Assembly (NCBI GenBank): GCA_036679065.1 | Contig: JAZIGN010000001.1 | Coordinates: 128,001-192,000 of the forward strand | DNA length: 64,000 bases | Source: Coprothermobacterota bacterium | Lineage (GTDB): Bacteria > Coprothermobacterota > Coprothermobacteria > Coprothermobacterales > Coprothermobacteraceae | Direction of reading: 5' to 3' | Shown: positions 11,489 to 22,579 of the stretch, one piece after another | Position numbering within the stretch: the first letter of the stretch is position 1 | Layout: each line of letters begins with the position of its first letter | Notes under the pieces: model-generated | The model's input: the letters and a program-made list of their open reading frames with translations, nothing else | Told to the model about the DNA's origin: nothing | Databases searched by the model: none | Position numbers and translations under genes: made by a program

Positions 11489-12699
11489 GTGCGGACTTAG
11501 TTTGTGGACTTCAGTGGGGAGATGAAGGAAAAGGAAAAGCTGTGGATTACATCTCCAAGAACTACGATGTAGTAGCTCGGTTCAACGGTGGTGATAACGC
11601 TGGACATACCGTTGTTCACCAAGGGAGTACCTATAAATTTCATGTGATCCCCAGCGGGGTACTAAGGGGATGCTTGGGAGTTATTGGAAGTGGGGTAGTA
11701 CTTAATCCATCTTCGTTAGAAGAAGAGCTGCGCCAGTTGAGTGGCGATGAAAAGATCGTTATCTCGAAGAGAGCGCATCTCATACTTCCTTCATACAAAC
11801 TGCTGGACCAGAAGTTGGAAAGTCTTAAGGGTGACAAAGTTGGGACTACTGGTCGCGGTATTGGTCCGGCATACGGCTTTAAGGCTTTTAGATTCGGAGT
11901 GCGAGTGGGAGACCTTTTTCAAGACGGTCTAGAAGAAAAGCTAAGTGAGATTCGAAGGTTGGTAGAAAGCTTGAATGTGGAGTGGATTCAACCCGATGTG
12001 AAACATTGGAAGGAAGTGCTTGCCCCGTATGTGGGTGATGATTATAAGGTACTCCATGAAGCGTATTTGGAAGGACGTCGAATACTGTTTGAAGCTGCTC
12101 AGGGCGTTCTGCTGGATTTGGATTTTGGGACCTATCCGTTTGTCACGTCCAGCTACACTTTCACGAACGGTGTTCACGCTGGTTCGGGTTTTAACGCAAA
12201 AGAGCTTGGTGACATAATAGGCGTTAGTAAGGCTTATACAACGCGTGTCGGTAATGGTGCCTTCCCTTCGGAAGTTTTTGGAGAGACCGCAGATCATATC
12301 AGAGAACAAGGAGCAGAGTTTGGAACGACCACAGGAAGGCCACGTAGAGTAGGTTGGCTGGATTTAGTTGCACTGCGGTATGCTGTACGAGTTTCGGGAT
12401 GCAACAAGGTTTTCTTGACTAAGGTAGACGTGCTGTCAGGTTTGGATAAAGTGGGATTGATAACGTCCTATGAAGTAGATGGTCAAAGATACAGCGACTG
12501 GTTTGATTTTAGCCAAGGGGCTCTGGAGCTGGTAAAGCCTATTGTGGAATGGTGTAATGGATGGGGAAGCGTGTTGAACGAGGGTAAACTTAATGCAAAT
12601 TTGTTAGCCTTTATGGAGGCCGTTGAAGGCGCTGCGGGTGCAAAAATACAGTGGGTTTCTTATGGTCCCAGTGACCACGAAACGTTGTGCATGCTATAA
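11485..12699 (+). CDS. purA: Adenylosuccinate synthetase
   Basis: QWGDEGKGK, GGDNAGHT, GTTGRGIGPAY, GTTTGRPRRVGWLD; GTG 11485 follows AAGGAG. Confidence 0.97.
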   Translation: MSADLVCGLQWGDEGKGKAVDYISKNYDVVARFNGGDNAGHTVVHQGSTYKFHVIPSGVLRGCLGVIGSGVVLNPSSLEEELRQLSGDEKIVISKRAHLILPSYKLLDQKLESLKGDKVGTTGRGIGPAYGFKAFRFGVRVGDLFQDGLEEKLSEIRRLVESLNVEWIQPDVKHWKEVLAPYVGDDYKVLHEAYLEGRRILFEAAQGVLLDLDFGTYPFVTSSYTFTNGVHAGSGFNAKELGDIIGVSKAYTTRVGNGAFPSEVFGETADHIREQGAEFGTTTGRPRRVGWLDLVALRYAVRVSGCNKVFLTKVDVLSGLDKVGLITSYEVDGQRYSDWFDFSQGALELVKPIVEWCNGWGSVLNEGKLNANLLAFMEAVEGAAGAKIQWVSYGPSDHETLCML

Positions 12700-12700
12700 T
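12692..12700 (+). promoter_or_regulatory. Extended -10 (TGCTATAAT) overlapping purA stop, upstream of tRNA-Pro(CGG)
   Basis: ATG CTA TAA T gives a perfect TGnTATAAT; tRNA starts at 12718. Confidence 0.65.
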
Positions 12701-12717
12701 TGGTCAGGATATTGCGG

Positions 12718-12794
12718 CGGGGCGTAGCGCAGCTTGGTAGCGCACCTGGTTCGGGACCAGGGAGTCGGCGGTTCGAATCCGCCCGCCCCGACCA
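12718..12794 (+). tRNA. tRNA-Pro(CGG)
   Basis: CGGGGCG/CGCCCCG acceptor, CCTGG-TTCGGGA-CCAGG anticodon arm, CCA. Confidence 0.97.
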
Positions 12795-12818
12795 TTAAAG
12801 GGAGGAAATTCACAGGAG

Positions 12819-14276
12819 ATGAATGATCAATACAGAACTCCTTATTACAGCGGTTTGCTGGCTTATATTGCAAAGCACCGTGCCAGTTTTCACATGCCGG
12901 GTCACAAACGAGGCAGGGGTGTACATCCCGACTTCAAAGCTTTTTTAGGTGAGAATGTGTTTTTACTTGACCTCACTGAAGTGCAGGGGGTTGACTACTT
13001 GCATAAGCCCACTGGCATTCTCAGAGAAGCTATGGACTTATTGGCAGATGCCTACGGTGCAAAAGAATCGTTCTTTTTAGTAAACGGTAGCACAGTGGGA
13101 AACCAAGCTGCTCTCATGGCTGTTGGTGGTCCAGGAAAGAAAATTCTTATTGCACGTAACAGCCACAGGTCAGTGGTTGGTGGGCTCATACTGAATGGTT
13201 CCATACCCGTTTATCTCCCTGTAAACGTGGACCCGGAGCTGGGAATAACAACAAGCGTTTCACCGGAAGTTCTAAGAGAGTATTTAGACAAGCATGACGT
13301 AGATGCCGTGTTCTTAACTAATCCAAATTACTACGGAGTTTCAGGTAACATAAGGGAACTAGTGGATATTGTTCATGAACATGGTCTGCCCATTGTAGTA
13401 GATGAGGCTCATGGTGCTCACTTCCACTTCCATCAAGCTCTTCCACTTTCGGCTGTGGATGCGGGTGCGGATCTAGTGGTGCAATCCACTCACAAAACAC
13501 TCTCCTCCATGACACAGAGCTCTTGGATGCATATGAATGGAGATCTTGTGGATGTTGAGCTGTTGAAGGCTGCACTTAGGACACTTCAGAGCAGTTCTCC
13601 AAACTACGTTCTCATGGCCAGTTTAGACGTAGCAAGGATGCAAATGGCAACGGAGGGAGCTGAACTACTTAGCTCAGCGCTTAATGTGGCTCAGTACTTG
13701 CGGGAAGCCATAAACGAGATTCCCGGACTGCAATGCTTCGGCAGAGAAAGGGTAGGAAAGTACGGTATTTTCGATGTTGACCTGACGAAAATAACCATAA
13801 CTGTGCTTGGTTTGGGCCTCACGGGTTACAAAGTGGAGCAACTGCTTAATGACGAGCTGGGTGTGGAAGTGGAGCTATCAGATCCGAACAACATACTTGC
13901 TTTTGTTACCATTGGTGATGATTACGACAATGCTGACAAACTCATAAAAGCCATGTCGAACCTCTCTGAACGCTTCTACGGCAAGCTTCCACCTTTGGAG
14001 ACTGCTGCTGTTCACACATTTCCTGTGCTGCCCGAAGTCGTGCTTACACCTCGAGAAGCATTCTTCGCTGAAAAGAAAGTCGTTCCGTTTAGAGAAGCTG
14101 TTGGTGCTATTAGTGCTGAGTCGGTGGTGCTTTATCCTCCTGGAATTCCCGTTATTGCTCCCGGGGAAAGAATCACGGAAGAGAGCTTTGACTACGTTAT
14201 GAAAAGGAAGGAAGAAGGAGCGGAAGTACAGGGTACCGCTGATCCGGAACTGGAGTTCATACAAGTTCTTAAATGA
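12819..14276 (+). CDS. Orn/Lys/Arg decarboxylase (fold-type I PLP, Bacillus SpeA/YaaO-like)
   Basis: FHMPGHK, VNGST, RNSHRS, DEAHGAH, QSTHK (PLP Lys), YPPGIP. Confidence 0.93.
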   Translation: MNDQYRTPYYSGLLAYIAKHRASFHMPGHKRGRGVHPDFKAFLGENVFLLDLTEVQGVDYLHKPTGILREAMDLLADAYGAKESFFLVNGSTVGNQAALMAVGGPGKKILIARNSHRSVVGGLILNGSIPVYLPVNVDPELGITTSVSPEVLREYLDKHDVDAVFLTNPNYYGVSGNIRELVDIVHEHGLPIVVDEAHGAHFHFHQALPLSAVDAGADLVVQSTHKTLSSMTQSSWMHMNGDLVDVELLKAALRTLQSSSPNYVLMASLDVARMQMATEGAELLSSALNVAQYLREAINEIPGLQCFGRERVGKYGIFDVDLTKITITVLGLGLTGYKVEQLLNDELGVEVELSDPNNILAFVTIGDDYDNADKLIKAMSNLSERFYGKLPPLETAAVHTFPVLPEVVLTPREAFFAEKKVVPFREAVGAISAESVVLYPPGIPVIAPGERITEESFDYVMKRKEEGAEVQGTADPELEFIQVLK

Positions 14277-14376
14277 GCTCAAATGTGGCCTTAAACAGAA
14301 GTTTTCTCTTATAATATTAAGGTGTGTGTAGCTGGAAAACTAAACGCGATTTGCGAAATTAAAAGGCGGTGGCAAC

Positions 14377-14688
14377 GTGGAAGAGTTCTTCGAGGCACTT
14401 AAGTCTTTGGAACAAGAAGCGTCAGACATAGTGTCCACTTCTTCTGTCCAGGCGCGACAGAGGGTGGAGGTTGCTAGAGAGCGTTTTGCAGAGGAATTTC
14501 ATGAATTGGAAGAGAACTGCCGTCAGGAGTTAGAAAGGGAGCTCGAAAGACTTTCTCAAGAATGGGAACAGAGGAGACAAGAGGAACTGGAGTCCTACAG
14601 CAAGCAACTAAGTAAACTTGGTACAGAATTAGACCAGCGTGCCGGTCACCTTGCGAAGGAACTTCTGGAGTCATTCCTGGGGGAGTGA
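14377..14688 (+). CDS. V/A-type ATPase peripheral stalk subunit G/H
   Basis: 103 aa E/R-rich coiled coil, first gene of the V-ATPase operon. Confidence 0.7.
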   Translation: MEEFFEALKSLEQEASDIVSTSSVQARQRVEVARERFAEEFHELEENCRQELERELERLSQEWEQRRQEELESYSKQLSKLGTELDQRAGHLAKELLESFLGE

Positions 14689-14694
14689 AAGAGC

Positions 14695-16542
14695 TTGCCA
14701 ATCGCAGAGCTGGAGAAAGTATGCTTCTACGTTCCAAAGCACAACGTGGGGGCGTTGAGAAAATACATTTTTAAGTTATCCGATTTTCATCCGCTGGAGC
14801 TTAACCACAACACGTTGGGGGACTTTGCCACCCTGAAGGATCGCCTTGAGCGAGTAGTTTCCCTTGGGAGTAAGAGAAAGCCTGACATTTATGCTACGTC
14901 TGTGTTAAGTGAAAAAGAAACTATATCCACTGGTTATATTGAGATTGGGCCAGTGCTCTCTGAAATTGAAAGGCTCATAGACGAGCATCAGCTACTAACG
15001 AATGAACTTAACAACCTAAACAAACAGATTTTGGGTTTGGAGCCTTTCCAGTGGGTTAGTGCCCCATGGGAAGACTCCCATAACTGGCACTGGATTAAGG
15101 TTGTCTTAGTTAAAAAAAGCAAAGCCGTATTGAAGATTCTTTCTGATCTTCCTGTAGCTTTCGCTGAGGGAGACAACGCCATCGTTGTGGCTTATTACAA
15201 AGACGATGATGAAACAGCAGAAGTCATTAGAGAGTATGCTTTGGATGACAGGCTGCTAACAGATATTGGGCGTGAGCTAAATGAGCTCAAGATAAAGAAA
15301 GAACAACTCACAAAACACTTAGCTGACGTGGAAAGTCAGTTAGATACTCTTCTTGAGGAAAACGGTACGCAGATAAGAAAGGCTTTTGATTACTACTCGG
15401 TTTCGTTGGAATATGCCAGATTGGTAAATGGCTCTGTTGATACGCAGTTTTTGGGGGTAGTGGTAGGTTACCTGCCAAAGGAGCATTTAAACGATGCTTT
15501 GAAAGAGGTTAGAGCGTTGGGTGGCGATGTTTTACAACTGCCGCCAGAGGAAGATGAAATGTATCCTACAAAATTGGAGAACTCAAGCTTTTTTGAGCCT
15601 TATGAGTCTATTACTCTGATGTACGGGCCACCCCGTTATGACACTTACGATCCAACACCTGCTGTAGCTCTTTGGTGGAACCTGTTTTTTGCTTTCATGC
15701 TGGGTGATGCCGGATTTGGTCTCATAATAACACTTGTGAGTTTATACGGACTCAAGAAGATTAAAAGCATGGAAAAGATTCTAAGGCTTTGTTTGAACGT
15801 GGGTGTTGGAACCATGATAATCGGCATAATTACGTGGAGTTGGTTTTCTACGCAACCACTTATGATCAATGGGAAAGCATTGGGGCTTTTCTACCCCGTG
15901 AACGGTAGTGATGTGAACACCATGCTTGTAATTTCCTTGGTTATTGGTGTTATGGCGCAGTTCTATGCCATGGGCATAAAGGGGTGGTGGATGCTAAGGA
16001 ACAAGGACTATCTGGGGTTTTGGTCGGATGTTTTCTGTTGGTGGGGTTTCTTGAGTTCTTTGATTTGGCTACTATTGGGTGGTGGCTCCATGTCAACGTA
16101 CCTTGCGCTATTCTTTGCAATTAACCTTATCTTGTTTCAGGGGCGTGAGTCGAAGAACTGGATTTCCAGGCTGGGTATGGGGCTCATTGGACTTTATGGC
16201 ATCATAAGTCCCTATGGTGTTGCTTCCTTCTTGGGTGATGTGCTTTCCTATTCACGTTTGATGGCACTTAACTTGACGGGGGCACTCATGGGGCAGGTAT
16301 TTAATTCATTGTCATTTGGTGTGATGAAAAGTGGCTTAATGGGAATCGTTTTTGGGGTTCTCATGTTTGTGGTTTTTCAAGTGTTTAACTTTGCTATTTC
16401 AGCATTAGGTGCGTTTGTGCACAGTATTAGGTTGGTATTCTTAGAAATGTATGGGCGGTTCTACGAAGGAAACGGTGAACTTTTCAAGCCGCTCAGAAGA
16501 GTTGGAAGGTACTACAGGTTTGAGGAGGTTGAGTACGAATGA
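14695..16542 (+). CDS. atpI: V/A-type ATPase subunit I (a)
   Basis: PTKLEN, YDPTP, FMLGDAGFG, DVLSYSRLMAL (essential Arg), HSIRL..LE. Confidence 0.95.
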   Translation: MPIAELEKVCFYVPKHNVGALRKYIFKLSDFHPLELNHNTLGDFATLKDRLERVVSLGSKRKPDIYATSVLSEKETISTGYIEIGPVLSEIERLIDEHQLLTNELNNLNKQILGLEPFQWVSAPWEDSHNWHWIKVVLVKKSKAVLKILSDLPVAFAEGDNAIVVAYYKDDDETAEVIREYALDDRLLTDIGRELNELKIKKEQLTKHLADVESQLDTLLEENGTQIRKAFDYYSVSLEYARLVNGSVDTQFLGVVVGYLPKEHLNDALKEVRALGGDVLQLPPEEDEMYPTKLENSSFFEPYESITLMYGPPRYDTYDPTPAVALWWNLFFAFMLGDAGFGLIITLVSLYGLKKIKSMEKILRLCLNVGVGTMIIGIITWSWFSTQPLMINGKALGLFYPVNGSDVNTMLVISLVIGVMAQFYAMGIKGWWMLRNKDYLGFWSDVFCWWGFLSSLIWLLLGGGSMSTYLALFFAINLILFQGRESKNWISRLGMGLIGLYGIISPYGVASFLGDVLSYSRLMALNLTGALMGQVFNSLSFGVMKSGLMGIVFGVLMFVVFQVFNFAISALGAFVHSIRLVFLEMYGRFYEGNGELFKPLRRVGRYYRFEEVEYE

Positions 16543-17003
16543 TTATTGACGGTAAATCAGTAGCCTTGATTGCGGCTGGATTGACGGCGGTAATGGGTGG
16601 CATTGGCTCTGCATGGGGTGTGGGTTTGGCAGGAAAGTCAACTAGCGCAGTGCTATCGGAGAAGCCAAATCTTTTTGGACAGATGCTTGTGCTTCAGGCT
16701 CTGCCAGGTACGCAGGGTTTTTATGCTTTTATAGCCATGTTTTTGGCGCTAGGCAGAATTAATGCTGCAACATCAATTTCTATTGCCCAGGCATTACAAC
16801 TTATAGGTGCCTTGCTTCCTGCCATGTTTGGTGAATTAATAAGCGCTTATTGGCAGGCTGTTGCCTCGTGTGGAGCTGCTCAGATGGTGGCTAAGCAGCC
16901 CGAATCCTTCGGTAGGGCCGTAATCATACCTGCATTGGTGGAAACTTACGCTATTCTATCTTTGTTAGCTACGATTCTCTTGCTTGGAGGAGTGACTCTT
17001 TAG
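16539..17003 (+). CDS. atpK: V/A-type ATPase subunit K (4-TM proteolipid) with Na+-binding signature
   Basis: QALPGTQGFY, SAYWQ and VETYAIL resemble the E. hirae NtpK Na+ site. Confidence 0.95.
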   Translation: MIIDGKSVALIAAGLTAVMGGIGSAWGVGLAGKSTSAVLSEKPNLFGQMLVLQALPGTQGFYAFIAMFLALGRINAATSISIAQALQLIGALLPAMFGELISAYWQAVASCGAAQMVAKQPESFGRAVIIPALVETYAILSLLATILLLGGVTL

Positions 17004-17548
17004 TGGACCTTGACAAGCTGCGCAGTGTGGTTTTTGCAGAAGCCCAGCGGAAAGCTGAAGAGATTCTATCTTCTGCAGAAGAAGAGATAGCAAAACTGAG
17101 GCAAGAACATGAGAAACGCGTGGAAGAGCTAAAGTTCGCCACTGCTCAGCAAAAGAAAAAACTCATTGAGACAGAAACTGAGCGATGGAAGCGACAGATT
17201 GAATATGAAAAGCGTATGCTCCTTGAGCAAATCATTGTTCAAGCCATACAGGGTTTGAAAGGTAGAATTGAAGACGAAATCGTTTCTGGTGGTTATGCTC
17301 CAAGCTATGTTGATTGGCTAAAGAAACAAGTCCCAGAGGCTGATGAGTGGACAGTTGGTAGGGAATATGGTGAGCTGCAGAGGGCATTTTCAAAGAAGGG
17401 AATAAAGTTCACGGTTGATGACAGCAAAAAAGTAAAAGCTCGTAAGGGTGATACTGTGTTTGATTTGTCGCCTGACGTGGTGGCTAATACCATATTGGAA
17501 AGATTTTCGCATGAAATCTATGAAGAATTTAAGGGGCTACTAAAGTGA
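17003..17548 (+). CDS. atpE: V/A-type ATPase subunit E
   Basis: N-terminal coiled coil (EAQRKAEEILSSAEEE), position after K. Confidence 0.8.
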   Translation: MDLDKLRSVVFAEAQRKAEEILSSAEEEIAKLRQEHEKRVEELKFATAQQKKKLIETETERWKRQIEYEKRMLLEQIIVQAIQGLKGRIEDEIVSGGYAPSYVDWLKKQVPEADEWTVGREYGELQRAFSKKGIKFTVDDSKKVKARKGDTVFDLSPDVVANTILERFSHEIYEEFKGLLK

Positions 17549-18063
17549 GAGAAGTGTCTGACATCGCAGCCTTGGTGGCAGCTAGGCAAGATAGAGTTTT
17601 ACCCTTGGAGACACTGGATAAGCTAAGAGTAAACCCTTACTTACTTAATCAAGTTGCATTAAACCCTGATATGCGACAACAGATTACAGAAAAACCTCCC
17701 GGCGAGGCAACGAATGCATTGTGGAAGGGCTTCTTAGAAGAGCTCGATGAGCTGCTTGGTTTACTCGGAGAGAGTGGATATGCGGAAATGGAAGAATTCT
17801 ACAGGGCACGCTTTTTTGGTGAAGCTTTTGAAACCGAAAAACTCAAAACGTTACCCTTTGGAGAGTTTCTTTATGAAGCTTTTATGAGCTCTGTGGAATC
17901 CTTAAAACGTGGTGAGCAAGGAAGAGACTGGCGTTTAGAATGGCTTAAGTTCCTGGAATACAACTATTTTTCAGGGTCTTTCTTGGCGGGGGTTTTACGT
18001 TATGTGGAACTACGATTTCAGACGATTGCTGGAATCAGCTATGCTTTACTCAGAACGGGGTAG
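17545..18063 (+). CDS. Probable V/A-type ATPase subunit C (d), unusually short and divergent
   Basis: Occupies the C slot between E and F; 172 aa; helical; no strong motif seen. Confidence 0.55.
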   Translation: MREVSDIAALVAARQDRVLPLETLDKLRVNPYLLNQVALNPDMRQQITEKPPGEATNALWKGFLEELDELLGLLGESGYAEMEEFYRARFFGEAFETEKLKTLPFGEFLYEAFMSSVESLKRGEQGRDWRLEWLKFLEYNYFSGSFLAGVLRYVELRFQTIAGISYALLRTG

Positions 18064-18074
18064 TTTGTTGGGGG

Positions 18075-18371
18075 TTGTCGGATGTGGCTGAAATAGTTGC
18101 CTGTGGGAAGAGCGGATTGTATGACTTCCTTAGCTTTTCAGGTATACGTGTGGTGGAAGCTGAGGAAATTGACCATATTTTGGCTAGTGCCACTGACACA
18201 GTGGTACTAGTTACAGACGGCATCTCTTGTAGTACGGAGCTGATAAGCGATTTGGAGGAAAAATACGGAACGAAGTTTGTGCCCGTTGTGCTTGACCCGA
18301 AACAGGGCGTAGATGTGAGCTCAGCGAGAAGGTTTGTGGAAAGAGCTCTGGGTGTAAAACTTGACAGGTAG
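18075..18371 (+). CDS. atpF: V/A-type ATPase subunit F
   Basis: 98 aa, FSGIRV, C-terminal VERALGVKL; position before A. Confidence 0.8.
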   Translation: MSDVAEIVACGKSGLYDFLSFSGIRVVEAEEIDHILASATDTVVLVTDGISCSTELISDLEEKYGTKFVPVVLDPKQGVDVSSARRFVERALGVKLDR

Positions 18372-18381
18372 GTGGTGATAG

Positions 18382-20154
18382 TTGGTGCACGGACAAGGAT
18401 ATGTTGTGCGCGTGGCGGGGCCTCTGGTTACAGCGAAGGGCTTGGACAAGCCCATGATGTATGAAGTAGTGAGGGTGGGCGAACTTAAGCTCTTTGGAGA
18501 AATAATCGGAATCGAGAAGGATTTGGTATATATACAGGTCTATGAAGATACCAATGGTCTTCGCCCTGGTGAAACAGTTGAGCCCACTGGCCAGCTACTC
18601 AGTGTAGAACTGGGCCCTGGGTTAACGAATAACATTTTTGATGGCATACAAAGACCGTTGGAACGCTTAAGGGAAGAAAGCGGAGAGTTCTTAGCTAGAG
18701 GTTTTAGTGTGAACGCTTTGGATCGCCAGCGTAAGTGGCATTTTGTACCGTTAGCTGAGGCTGGTGTGGAAGTTGAAGGTGGTAGTTTCTTAGGCGAAGT
18801 AATTGAATCGTCAACAGTGGTTCACAAGATCATGGTACCACCTAATGTGAAAGGTACTCTACAGTGGATCGCTGGAGAAGGTGAATACACGGTTGAGGAA
18901 TGCATTGCAAAGGTTGAAATGCCTAACGGGACTTTGCAAGAGCTTCAACTGATGCAGCGTTGGCCTGTGAGAATTCCAAGACCAGTGAAAGAGAAGGTGT
19001 TCACTGACGTGCCCATGCTAACAGGACAGCGCATACTGGATGTGTTTTTCCCAGTGATAAAGGGAGGTACTGCTTGCGTTCCAGGTCCCTTTGGTTCTGG
19101 AAAGACCGTGATTCAGCACCAACTTGCCAAATGGTCTGATGTGGACGTGGTGGTCTATGTGGGCTGTGGAGAACGTGGTAACGAAATGACCGAAGTTCTC
19201 ATAGAATTCCCAGAGCTTAAGGATCCAAGAACAGGTGGTCCACTCATGGATAGAACCATTTTGGTTGCCAATACGTCAAACATGCCTGTCGCAGCACGTG
19301 AGGCTTCTGTTTTTACAGGTATTGCCATAGCGGAGTACTACCGCGATATGGGTTACGATGTGGCACTCATGGCTGATTCCACTTCTCGTTGGGCCGAGGC
19401 CATGAGGGAGATATCTACTCGTTTAGAGGAAATGCCTGGTGAAGAGGGTTACCCAGCTTATCTTGCATCAAGAATATCAGCTTTTTACGAACGTTCAGGT
19501 TTTGTGAAGTGTTTAGGTAGCCCTGAGCGGACAGGATCGGTAACAGTAATAGGAGCTGTTTCGCCGCCAGGTGGAGATTTGTCAGACCCGGTGGTCCAAG
19601 CCACGCTTAGATCCGTACAAGTATTCTGGGGTTTGGATCAGGATTTGGCTTTTGCACGTCACTTTCCAGCTATTAACTGGCTTAACAGCTATTCTTTGTA
19701 TTTGGACAGAATCGGAGAATACTACAACAAGAGTTTTGCCCCCGATTGGTTGAAGAAACGCAATGAAGCCATGGTAATTCTGCAGCGAGAATCTGAGCTA
19801 CTGGAACTGGTTAGACTGGTAGGGTACGATGCTTTGTCCACGGAGGAGCAATTGTTCTTGGAAACGGCTCGTTCTTTGAGAGAAGACTTTCTGCAGCAAG
19901 ATGCCTTTGACGATGTAGACAGTTACTGTTCACTAAGAAAGCAATATGTCATACTTTCATCAATTCTGCTTGTTCATGAGATTATTCTGGACCGCATAAG
20001 AAAGGGAGAGGACTACGGTTCGCTCATAGCGAATCCCATAAGGGAGCATATTTCTCAACTTAGGTGGCTCAAAGAAGAGGAAGTTCCAGATTGGAAACAG
20101 ATGCAAGATAGTATTTTAAAGAGTTTCTCAGAGGAAGTGAAGGCTCATGATTAG
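18382..20154 (+). CDS. atpA: V/A-type ATPase subunit A (catalytic)
   Basis: [36 protein letters not shown]. Confidence 0.98.
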   Translation: MVHGQGYVVRVAGPLVTAKGLDKPMMYEVVRVGELKLFGEIIGIEKDLVYIQVYEDTNGLRPGETVEPTGQLLSVELGPGLTNNIFDGIQRPLERLREESGEFLARGFSVNALDRQRKWHFVPLAEAGVEVEGGSFLGEVIESSTVVHKIMVPPNVKGTLQWIAGEGEYTVEECIAKVEMPNGTLQELQLMQRWPVRIPRPVKEKVFTDVPMLTGQRILDVFFPVIKGGTACVPGPFGSGKTVIQHQLAKWSDVDVVVYVGCGERGNEMTEVLIEFPELKDPRTGGPLMDRTILVANTSNMPVAAREASVFTGIAIAEYYRDMGYDVALMADSTSRWAEAMREISTRLEEMPGEEGYPAYLASRISAFYERSGFVKCLGSPERTGSVTVIGAVSPPGGDLSDPVVQATLRSVQVFWGLDQDLAFARHFPAINWLNSYSLYLDRIGEYYNKSFAPDWLKKRNEAMVILQRESELLELVRLVGYDALSTEEQLFLETARSLREDFLQQDAFDDVDSYCSLRKQYVILSSILLVHEIILDRIRKGEDYGSLIANPIREHISQLRWLKEEEVPDWKQMQDSILKSFSEEVKAHD

Positions 20155-21523
20155 AGAATTTCGCAGTATTTCTGAGGTAAACGGTCCGTTGGTTTTTGTA
20201 GAAGGCGTGTCAGATGCTGCCTACGGTGAACTGGTGGAGTTTCAGCTTAACGGAGAAATACGTCATGGTCAAGTACTAGAGACCACTGATCGTTTTTCTT
20301 TGGTCCAAGTTTTTGAAGGAACTCAGGGTTTAACTCCCAAGACAACCACTGCCAGATTCTTAGGAAGAGGCCTCACTTTCGGTGTCAGCGAAGGTATCCT
20401 TGGTAGGGTGTTTGATGGTTTAGGCGAGCCGTTAGATGGTAAGCCACAACCTTTTGTGGATGAATACGTGGATATAAACGGTGCTCCAATGAACCCGGTG
20501 AGTCGTGAGTACCCAGCAGAATTCATTCAGACTGGGATTTCAGCCATTGATGGTATGAACACACTGGTACGTGGGCAAAAGCTACCCATTTTTAGTGGCA
20601 GCGGCTTGCCCCACGCTCGCTTGGCAGCACAAATAGCAAGTCAAGCCAAAGTGCTCTCTTCTGAAGAGAAATTTGCTGTGGTATTTGCTGCCATGGGAAT
20701 CACATTTGAAGAGGCAAACTTTTTCATTCAGTCTTTTCAGAAAACCGGTGCCATTGAGCGTTCAGTTCTATTTTTAAACTTGGCTGACGACCCGACTATT
20801 GAACGCATAGCTACGCCTCGATTTGCATTGGCTGCAGCCGAGTACTTGGCTTTCGAAAAGGACATGCATGTACTTGCCATCCTTACCGACATGACGAACT
20901 ACTGTGAGGCTCTCAGAGAGATTTCTGCGGCACGCAGAGAGGTCCCTGGAAGGCGAGGATATCCTGGTTACATGTATACTGATTTGGCCAGTATTTACGA
21001 ACGTGCAGGTAGGATTAAGGGTAAAAAAGGCAGTATAACGCAAATACCCATACTAACCATGCCAGAGGATGATAGGACCCATCCAATACCAGACTTGACG
21101 GGTTACATAACTGAGGGTCAAATATTCCTGTCGAGAGATTTACAGCATAAGAATATTTATCCACCTATTGATGTATTGCAATCACTTTCTAGACTCATGC
21201 AAAGAGGCATTGGTGAAGGACACACCAGAGAGGATCACTCTGCGGTTTCTAACCAGTTGTACGCTGCTTATGCACACGGAAAGGAAGCAAGAGAGTTGGA
21301 AATAGTTTTGGGAGAAGCAGCCTTAACAGACCTGGATCGATTGTATGTTAAGTTTGCTGACCGCCTAGAGTCAGAGTTTATTGCTCAAGGTGAAGACGAG
21401 AACCGTACAATTGAAGAAACTTTGGCTATTGGATGGCGACTTCTTAGGATGCTTCCTAGAAGCGAGCTTAAGAGGATCAGAGATGAATACATAAACAAAT
21501 ACTTACCAAAGGTGGAGAGCTAA
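20147..21523 (+). CDS. atpB: V/A-type ATPase subunit B
   Basis: [43 protein letters not shown]. Confidence 0.98.
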   Translation: MIREFRSISEVNGPLVFVEGVSDAAYGELVEFQLNGEIRHGQVLETTDRFSLVQVFEGTQGLTPKTTTARFLGRGLTFGVSEGILGRVFDGLGEPLDGKPQPFVDEYVDINGAPMNPVSREYPAEFIQTGISAIDGMNTLVRGQKLPIFSGSGLPHARLAAQIASQAKVLSSEEKFAVVFAAMGITFEEANFFIQSFQKTGAIERSVLFLNLADDPTIERIATPRFALAAAEYLAFEKDMHVLAILTDMTNYCEALREISAARREVPGRRGYPGYMYTDLASIYERAGRIKGKKGSITQIPILTMPEDDRTHPIPDLTGYITEGQIFLSRDLQHKNIYPPIDVLQSLSRLMQRGIGEGHTREDHSAVSNQLYAAYAHGKEARELEIVLGEAALTDLDRLYVKFADRLESEFIAQGEDENRTIEETLAIGWRLLRMLPRSELKRIRDEYINKYLPKVES

Positions 21524-22155
21524 TGGCATCAACGGTTAGTCCAAACCGTATGACCCTTCTTGCTCTTAAACGCAGGTACACCATAAGCAAAAGGGGCCTT
21601 AAACTGCTAAAAGACAAGCTTGAGGCAATGGTAAAAGCTTTCCGAGATCTGTACACGGAGTTTGATAGGGAAAGACGTTACATTGAAGAGCTCATGGAGG
21701 CCTTTATTGAGCTACTTAACCAATACGAGTCAGAGACTTCGCCTGCGGTAAGAGACAGGATAAGGAGTATGCAGCTATTTCAGGTAGAATATGAACTCTC
21801 TACTAGAATGGTGTTCAATATTAAAGTGCCTTTCCTAGATGTCTCGCTAAAGAGGATGGATATACCAGACTTGTATTTACAGACAGGTCCTGCCTTCTAT
21901 AAGGCTCTTAGTGTTTATGAAGAACTTCTTCCTCATCTGTTGAAGTTGGCTTCTCTGAGGAATGCACTGCATATGATGAGCGTGGAGATTGAGAAAACTA
22001 GAAGACGAAGTAATGCCTTGGAGTACAATGTAGTTCCGGAACTCGAAAGAACTATTAAGTGGGTACAGCAGTACTTAGATGAAATGGAAAGGAGCCAGAC
22101 TGTGAGAATAATGAAGGTTAAAAGCATGTTGGAAAAAGAAAGGGGGAATGCATAA
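21523..22155 (+). CDS. atpD: V/A-type ATPase subunit D
   Basis: PNRMTL, RGLKLLKDK, EIEKTRRRSNALE. Confidence 0.95.
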   Translation: MASTVSPNRMTLLALKRRYTISKRGLKLLKDKLEAMVKAFRDLYTEFDRERRYIEELMEAFIELLNQYESETSPAVRDRIRSMQLFQVEYELSTRMVFNIKVPFLDVSLKRMDIPDLYLQTGPAFYKALSVYEELLPHLLKLASLRNALHMMSVEIEKTRRRSNALEYNVVPELERTIKWVQQYLDEMERSQTVRIMKVKSMLEKERGNA

Positions 22156-22469
22156 TGGGATTGGAGGATGCCATCGCGGCAGTGAAGAGGCTGAAAGCCT
22201 TGGCCAAGGCAGAAGTGCTAGAATCCGAGGCTTTCGGCCTAAGTGAACAGCAGATTACCTTCGCCAAAGAAAGACATCGCTACTACTCAACCTTGCTTAA
22301 CAGACTAGAGTCAGAACCTCTTGAAGATGTTATTTCCTCGGTAGAAGAGGAAGCTAAAGAGCTTTGGCATAAGCAAACAAAAACCATTACTGACAAAGCT
22401 CGCTTGGTAGCCGCTGAGAGTTTTCTTAGAGCCATAGGTCTCGAGCTGGAATACGAAGAGACGCAATAA
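22155..22469 (+). CDS. Hypothetical helical protein coupled to atpD
   Basis: 104 aa; ATG overlaps the atpD stop (TAATG); AGGGGG RBS. Confidence 0.7.
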   Translation: MGLEDAIAAVKRLKALAKAEVLESEAFGLSEQQITFAKERHRYYSTLLNRLESEPLEDVISSVEEEAKELWHKQTKTITDKARLVAAESFLRAIGLELEYEETQ

Positions 22470-22579
22470 ATACTAAGACCTACGACTCATAAGAAAACGC
22501 TACTTTGACACAAACAAGAACCTTCCGTTTTATTTAGTACGTCCCCATTTATGTTGTTGTCAATTTACTCTGTGTATTA

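Noticed and set aside
8366..12796. 33-bp near-identical direct repeats (tRNA-Pro 3' ends at 8366-8398 and 12764-12796) resembling attL/attR of an island
   Set aside because: Both copies belong to complete tRNAs with different anticodons, there is no integrase between them, and the enclosed block contains housekeeping purA
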